Source of the DNA: an uncultured delta proteobacterium
GTDB taxonomy: Bacteria > Myxococcota > UBA727 > VGSZ01
Direction of reading: 5' to 3'
DNA: 64,000 nt
Assembly: GCA_963775425.1 (NCBI GenBank)
Contig: CAVZJB010000016.1
Location: forward strand, 96,001-160,000
Positions 59,182 to 64,000 of this stretch are shown here, piece after piece. The translations under genes were made by a program, and so were the position numbers. Below the pieces are notes generated by a model, which searched no databases, was not told where the DNA came from, and saw only the letters and a program-made list of their open reading frames with translations. Every line of letters begins with the position of its first letter. The first letter of the stretch is position 1.

Positions 59182-59954
59182 GGCAGGAACGCCGGTGGGC
59201 ACCCCACCAGCCAGTCGGGGCACACGGCGTCGGGCACGTTCGCGTAGGTGTCGACGATCGTGGGCGTGCCGCCCACGACCTCGACAAGTGACGCCTGCAG
59301 CCGCTGGCAACCCTCGGGACAATCCTCGGACCAATTGAGGAAGCGATAGCGGGCGCTGTCTCCGTCGGCGTCGACGGAGAACAGGTCGATCGTGGGACCC
59401 TCTTCGAAGTCGTCGGGCCCGACGTGGCTCTCCGACAGCGCCGTCACGCCGGCGAGGACCGATGCGGTCTTGTTGGGTTGAAAGATCCCGGGCCACGAGA
59501 GCAGCCCGCCGACCTCGTTGCCGAGGTTCGGCGGCACGGCGTAGGGCTGCACGCTGCCGTCAAACGGCGCCATCAAGGCGGTGAGCGTTCGCGTGCACGC
59601 AGCCGCGTCGGCGTCGACGCACATGACGAAGGCGTTTTGCGCGAGGCGCGCCTGGCGGACGTCGAAGTCGAGCTCTGGGAAAGCTGCGCGCGCGGCGGGG
59701 ACGTCGCGAGCCACGCGGGCGTAGGTGTCGTCGTCAGCGATCCACCGCTCGGGCGTGTGCACGAGCGCGATGTACTCGAGCTCGACGTCGCCCGGGCGCG
59801 GGGTGGACGCCGCTTCCTCGGCGGTCGGTAGCGCGCTGAGATCGAGGCCCGCGACATCGCCGGGGGTGCCGGCGTCCGGCGTCGCGGGCGACTCGCTCGA
59901 CGGGGTACACGCGCCGGTGAGCGTGAACGCGATCGCGACAGCGACAAGCTGCAT
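59178..59954 (-). CDS. Hypothetical lipoprotein
   Basis: MQLVAVAIAFTLTGAC lipobox; WSEDCPEGC; stop overlaps the next ATG. Confidence 0.7.
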   Translation of the reverse strand: MQLVAVAIAFTLTGACTPSSESPATPDAGTPGDVAGLDLSALPTAEEAASTPRPGDVELEYIALVHTPERWIADDDTYARVARDVPAARAAFPELDFDVRQARLAQNAFVMCVDADAAACTRTLTALMAPFDGSVQPYAVPPNLGNEVGGLLSWPGIFQPNKTASVLAGVTALSESHVGPDDFEEGPTIDLFSVDADGDSARYRFLNWSEDCPEGCQRLQASLVEVVGGTPTIVDTYANVPDAVCPDWLVGCPPAFLP

Positions 59955-60463
59955 CCCCGTCACGGTGTCACGCGCCGGGCGCGTCGAGCTTAGAAGCCGC
60001 ATGGATGGTCCCATTGGTTGCACGTTCAGCTTACCTCACACACGAAGGTCTGCCCGCCGTTGCGCTTCCGACATTGCCAGGGACCTCGCGCCGCACGTCG
60101 CTGTTGCGACACGCGCTCTGCGCGTGCGGCGAGCGATGGCCGAGGGCGCCTTTGCGCTCTCGACCATCGCGTCCCGGCCCGTTGCGCTCCTGCGCAACAC
60201 GCGAAGCGTGCCGGCTGCCGAGCGCCCCTGTTGGGCGTGAGGCAGGTGGTCCTGGCAAATGTCCTCACCATGTCCACATGTGATTTTTCAAGCCTTTGGC
60301 TCACTTGAAAATGTCCTCTCTGGTCCCACGTCATGAGGACACGACAAGGCAGTCGTGGTGCACGCCGTCGTCGTCGGTGCGCGCGGTGCGCGTGGTGTCC
60401 GGCGCGATGCCGGGTGCATCGCTGTGGTTGTCGATGACCTCGGTCGACGTCGACCCGCGTATC

Positions 60464-61483
60464 TCAGGTTTTGACGACGACGACGCGGAAGCCCACGTCC
60501 GTGAGCACGTCCATGATCTCGGCGGCGAGGATCTCGCGCGCGGCTCCCGTCGCTGACCGTGCACGGCCGAGATGGAGCACGGCCCTCTCGTTGGACACGT
60601 CGAGCGGCGATATCAAAGCTGCCGGCGCTCGCTCGCGCGGCGCGGTCTCGCGCGCCTTCTTGATCTCCGCGCGCAGCCTCGTGATGCCCCACCCCTCTGC
60701 GGCAGCGAGGCCGGCGAGGCGCCGAACGATCCGCTCGGCGCGCGGCTGGAATCCGTCGCCGTCGCCGTCGCTTCCTTCAGCAAGGCGAAGCGCATCCTCC
60801 TCGCGCAACACGTTGTAGCTCGTGATCAGCTCGGACACGTGGCTGAACGCGAGGCCCGCGTGACGCTCCACGTCGACGACCGGGCGCCGCGTGACCGGAT
60901 CGATCGCTGCCGCACCCGTCGCGTCCATCCGCTGCTTCTGCACCTTCACCTCGACGAGCGCGTCCTTGAGCCACTGCGGCGCTTCGTTGAGCTGGAGGTA
61001 GCGGTTCAACTGCCGTCGGTTCCATCCGAGGCTCGCCGCCACTTGGTCCGCGCTCGCGCCGTTCTCGATGGCGCGCGCCGCACCCTCGGCGATCTCGAGC
61101 GGCGCGAGGTCGGCGCGGTTCACGTTCTCAGCGAGCTGCAGCACGGGCAGGAGCGCATCGTCGACCTCCACGGCCATGGATGCGATGCGACGGAAGCGCG
61201 CGTCATCGGGTTGCTCGCGTGCAAGCTGACTCACCGCGGCGAAGCGCCGGTGTCCGCCGATGATCTCGTAGCGGTCGCCCGCCGCGCGCACGACGATGGG
61301 CTGCAAGAGGCCGTTCTCGCGGATGCTCTTCTTCAGCTCGGCGAAAGGCTCTTTGTCGAGGTGAAGCCGCGGGTTGCTTGTCGACGGAACGACCCGATCG
61401 AGCGGCAGGTGGACGAGCTCGCCGCCAACACGCTCGCGAGCGTTCATGTTGATCTTGTCCGTGACCTCGGTGTCCTCGTGCAT
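60464..61483 (-). CDS. ParB/RepB/Spo0J-family protein
   Basis: NPR, ELKKSIRENGLLQPIVVR, YEIIGGHRRF, LAENVNRADLAPLEIA, HTH QVAASLGWNRRQLNRYL. Confidence 0.9.
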   Translation of the reverse strand: MHEDTEVTDKINMNARERVGGELVHLPLDRVVPSTSNPRLHLDKEPFAELKKSIRENGLLQPIVVRAAGDRYEIIGGHRRFAAVSQLAREQPDDARFRRIASMAVEVDDALLPVLQLAENVNRADLAPLEIAEGAARAIENGASADQVAASLGWNRRQLNRYLQLNEAPQWLKDALVEVKVQKQRMDATGAAAIDPVTRRPVVDVERHAGLAFSHVSELITSYNVLREEDALRLAEGSDGDGDGFQPRAERIVRRLAGLAAAEGWGITRLRAEIKKARETAPRERAPAALISPLDVSNERAVLHLGRARSATGAAREILAAEIMDVLTDVGFRVVVVKT

Positions 61484-61505
61484 AGCGCCTCCGTTTCGGG
61501 ACGAT

Positions 61506-61525
61506 GTGTCCCTCTAAAGGGACAC
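61506..61525. promoter_or_regulatory. 20-bp palindrome upstream of parB, candidate operator/parS
   Basis: GTGTCCCT-CTAA-AGGGACAC. Confidence 0.55.
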
Positions 61526-61719
61526 GTCGGAGGCTCCGCGCCTCGCGCTCAGCGCGACACGCTGGACCGATCACATGAAGCCATCGCCGTCGACGTCGCC
61601 CTCAGCGAAGCGGGCGACGTCGACGCGGCCATCGCCGGAGACCGAGCCCTAAACATCTTCATCACTCGCCGCTGAGCAATGCGCCCTCGATCTCCGACGT
61701 GTCCTTGTAGGAGGTCAGC

Positions 61720-61896
61720 ATGCTCAACCTCATCACCGTGTCGACCGCGGCGGAGCGGCTCGCGGTCTCGAAGTCCATGATCCGAAAGCTCTTGCGGCTC
61801 GGCCGGCTCACGCCGGTCCGCATCGGCCGCTGCGTGCGCGTGCGGCTCGCCGACGTCGATGCTTTGGCGGCGGCGGGTGAGCGGCGCGCGACGTGA
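61720..61896 (+). CDS. Excisionase-like HTH_17 protein (58 aa, not in the ORF track)
   Basis: AGGAGG RBS; MLNLITVSTAAERLAVSKSMIRKLLRLGRLTPVRIGRCVRVRLADVDAL. Confidence 0.85.
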   Translation: MLNLITVSTAAERLAVSKSMIRKLLRLGRLTPVRIGRCVRVRLADVDALAAAGERRAT

Positions 61897-62648
61897 ACGC
61901 GGCCTACCTGACAAGCGCACAGGCCGCCGCGCACCTCGGGCTCAGCGTGAACGCGCTGCGCATGGCGCTGTGCCGCGGCACCCTCGCGCCGACCGGCAGG
62001 ATCGGCCGGCGCCTGTTCTTCACCGTCGATGACCTGCATCGCCAGTTGAGCACCCACGGCGCTAGGATCGAGGCGCGGTCCGTGGTGCTCGACTCGGCGA
62101 CGGAGACTGCACATGCCGAGAAGAGGAACGCCGACGGAGATCCCGGGGATCACCCGGGACGGAACGAAGTGGATCTTGCGGGCCGTGGTGAAGGGCCCGA
62201 ACGGAAGGAGGTACGAGAAACAGAAGCAGATGGAGGGCGCGCACGAGAACACGAAGCGCGCCGAGGTGCGGCTGCTCGAGGACGAGCTCGAGAAGCTGCG
62301 CGAGGAGCTCCGGCAGGAAGCGAAGGCCGAAGCGAAGGGGACGTCGACGAGAGAGACCGTTGGGGCCTTCGCGCCGCAATGGCTCGAGCATACGGCGACG
62401 ACCGGGAAGACCAGGAAGCACGTCGTGGAGAAGCGGTTGCATCACCTCGAGCACTTCATCCTGCCGTTCATCGGCGACAAAGAGCTGCGCGCTCTGCGTC
62501 GGTCCGACGTCGCCGCATGGATGCAGGCCGCGGCGGGCCTCCGCCAACAAAGCGGCAAGCTCTATGGGCGCGTCACGCTCATGGGCGCCTGGTCGACGCT
62601 GCGGGCGATGCTCAGGCGCGCGGTGATCTTGCGCGACCTGGAGCATGA
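61893..62648 (+). CDS. Second excisionase-like HTH protein whose frame overlaps the integrase 5' end
   Basis: YLTSAQAAAHLGLSVNALR...GRIGRRLFFTVDDL; GTG overlaps the first xis stop; true functional length uncertain. Confidence 0.65.
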   Translation: MNAAYLTSAQAAAHLGLSVNALRMALCRGTLAPTGRIGRRLFFTVDDLHRQLSTHGARIEARSVVLDSATETAHAEKRNADGDPGDHPGRNEVDLAGRGEGPERKEVRETEADGGRAREHEARRGAAARGRAREAARGAPAGSEGRSEGDVDERDRWGLRAAMARAYGDDREDQEARRGEAVASPRALHPAVHRRQRAARSASVRRRRMDAGRGGPPPTKRQALWARHAHGRLVDAAGDAQARGDLARPGA

Positions 62649-63399
62649 CCCGACGTCGGGGATCGTGTTCGACATCGGCGATCACATGGGCGGCGAGAGC
62701 CGGCCCGCGAAGAAGCCGAAGGACGCGCTCACCCTCGACGAGGTCGGTCGCCTCATCGACGCCGCCAAGGACGAAGCGCTCGACGTGCGGGCGATGATCG
62801 TGGTGCAGGTGGCCACGGGCATGCGCTTCTGCGAGGTCTCCGCGCTCGAGTGGCGGGACATCGACCTCGAGAAGGCTTCGCTGCGCATCGAGCGCTCGCA
62901 GGTCGGCGGCGTGGCAGGCGCGCCGAAGACCGAGTCCACGCGACGGCGCGTGTACTTGCCGGACGTGGTTGTCGAGGTCCTGCGCAGCCACAAGGCCGAG
63001 CAGGAGCGCGACCCTGGACCGCCGTGCGACGTGCCCGGGCTCGTGTTTCCGTCGAGGGCGGGCACGTACCGGACGCCGGCCATGCTCACGAAGCCGCTCA
63101 CGCGTTGCTGCCAGATCGCGGGCATCGACAAGCGGCTCTCGTCGCACGGGCTGCGGCGCACCGCCAACGACCTGCTGAGGCGCGCGAACGGCGACACCGT
63201 CGTCCGCGCGATGATCGGGCACGCCACGAGCGAGATGACGCGCCTGTACAGCAACGTGGACCACGACGAGCGCGCCAGGGCGCACGCCGCGGCGTTCGGG
63301 GATGTCCTCGAGCGGGCAGTGGGAACGAAGGGTGGGACTCTCGTCGAGTCCCACCGAGAATTGAGGCCGGACCGAAAACGGCCAAAGAAAAACCCCTGA
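62113..63399 (+). CDS. int: Tyrosine recombinase/integrase
   Basis: TGMRFCE (R), PKT (K), HGLRR (HxxR), IGH, RLYS (Y); N-terminal arm and core-binding regions. Confidence 0.95.
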   Translation: MPRRGTPTEIPGITRDGTKWILRAVVKGPNGRRYEKQKQMEGAHENTKRAEVRLLEDELEKLREELRQEAKAEAKGTSTRETVGAFAPQWLEHTATTGKTRKHVVEKRLHHLEHFILPFIGDKELRALRRSDVAAWMQAAAGLRQQSGKLYGRVTLMGAWSTLRAMLRRAVILRDLEHDPTSGIVFDIGDHMGGESRPAKKPKDALTLDEVGRLIDAAKDEALDVRAMIVVQVATGMRFCEVSALEWRDIDLEKASLRIERSQVGGVAGAPKTESTRRRVYLPDVVVEVLRSHKAEQERDPGPPCDVPGLVFPSRAGTYRTPAMLTKPLTRCCQIAGIDKRLSSHGLRRTANDLLRRANGDTVVRAMIGHATSEMTRLYSNVDHDERARAHAAAFGDVLERAVGTKGGTLVESHRELRPDRKRPKKNP

Positions 63400-63413
63400 G
63401 GTCATCAGGGGTT
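63388..63413 (-). terminator. Intrinsic terminator of tRNA-Gly, supplied by the element
   Basis: AACCCCTGA-GGTCA-TCAGGGGTT hairpin plus T-run on the minus strand; overlaps the integrase stop. Confidence 0.75.
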
Positions 63414-63416
63414 CGG

Positions 63417-63491
<75 letters not shown>

Positions 63492-63586
63492 AGCGGCTCC
63501 CTCTGGTTTAAGCGAGCCGGAGGAGCGCCGTCAACGGGTTTCCCGTCGATCGAACCGCGGCTGTGCCACGCGCCCCACCGGCGGCG

Positions 63587-64000
63587 TCAGGGCGCGGTGT
63601 GGAACGAGACGGTCAGCTCGCTGTCGAGCTTCACCCCGTCGGCGCTCTTGACCGTCCCCGCGACGCGGAGGTCGACGTCGGTGTCCGCGGGGAGGGCGCG
63701 ACGCACGTTGAGCTGGATGACCTTGCCCCCGCCCCCCTCGGTGGCGAACGGGGTGACCTCGTCGACGATGCTGCCGTCGGCGGACAGCGTGATGCCACCG
63801 TTTCCGGTGCTCGCCACGTCGACGACCTTGTTGAAGAGCACCTGCGGCTGGACGCCGACCTCGACGGCCTGGCTCGCCTCGAGGCCCGCCTGCGGCACGG
63901 TGCCCACGATGGTGAAGGGCTCGCCGACGTTGAAGGTGGGCGGCCCGCAGCCGACGAGCAAGGCGGCGAGGCCCACCCCCGATGCCAGCGCGAGGACCCG
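63587..64000 (-). CDS. Lipoprotein with Big_5-like Ig domain (5' end probably outside the window)
   Basis: LLVGC lipobox; GTVP...VLFNKVVD...VSFHT. Confidence 0.7.
   Translation of the reverse strand, partial: RVLALASGVGLAALLVGCGPPTFNVGEPFTIVGTVPQAGLEASQAVEVGVQPQVLFNKVVDVASTGNGGITLSADGSIVDEVTPFATEGGGGKVIQLNVRRALPADTDVDLRVAGTVKSADGVKLDSELTVSFHTAP

Overview
High-GC window that looks myxobacterial (Myxococcota-like; inferred from the MYXO-CTERM tail, vWA/Cys-rich lipoproteins and many sigma54 regulators). 1-12 kb: a Gly-rich harpin-like ORF behind a GCCGATAA box, housekeeping enzymes, a DEAD-box helicase, and an operon of one vWA lipoprotein plus three Cys-rich lipoproteins. 12-52.5 kb: a stress and energy block. 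It holds a globin-coupled histidine kinase, two NtrC-type regulators (one lacking GAFTGA), USP/CBS proteins, a complete N-ATPase operon (atpDCQRBEFAG) divergent from ldh, cusCBA, an arsM-ECF sigma-aquaporin cluster with an arsC remnant, TreT, nirK(+cyt c)-nirV-sco and a type IIIA P-type H+-ATPase. 52.8-63.5 kb: an integration hotspot at tRNA-Gly(GCC). It contains an ~8.4 kb element bounded by 45-bp direct repeats (tyrosine integrase, two excisionase-like HTH genes, orphan ParB flanked by TGTCC boxes, lipoprotein cargo, TA pair). Next to it lies the decayed remnant of an older related element (integrase 3' end, TA cassettes, pseudokinase). Several single-base frameshifts could be real or assembly errors. 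All product calls come from motif recognition by eye; no searches were run.
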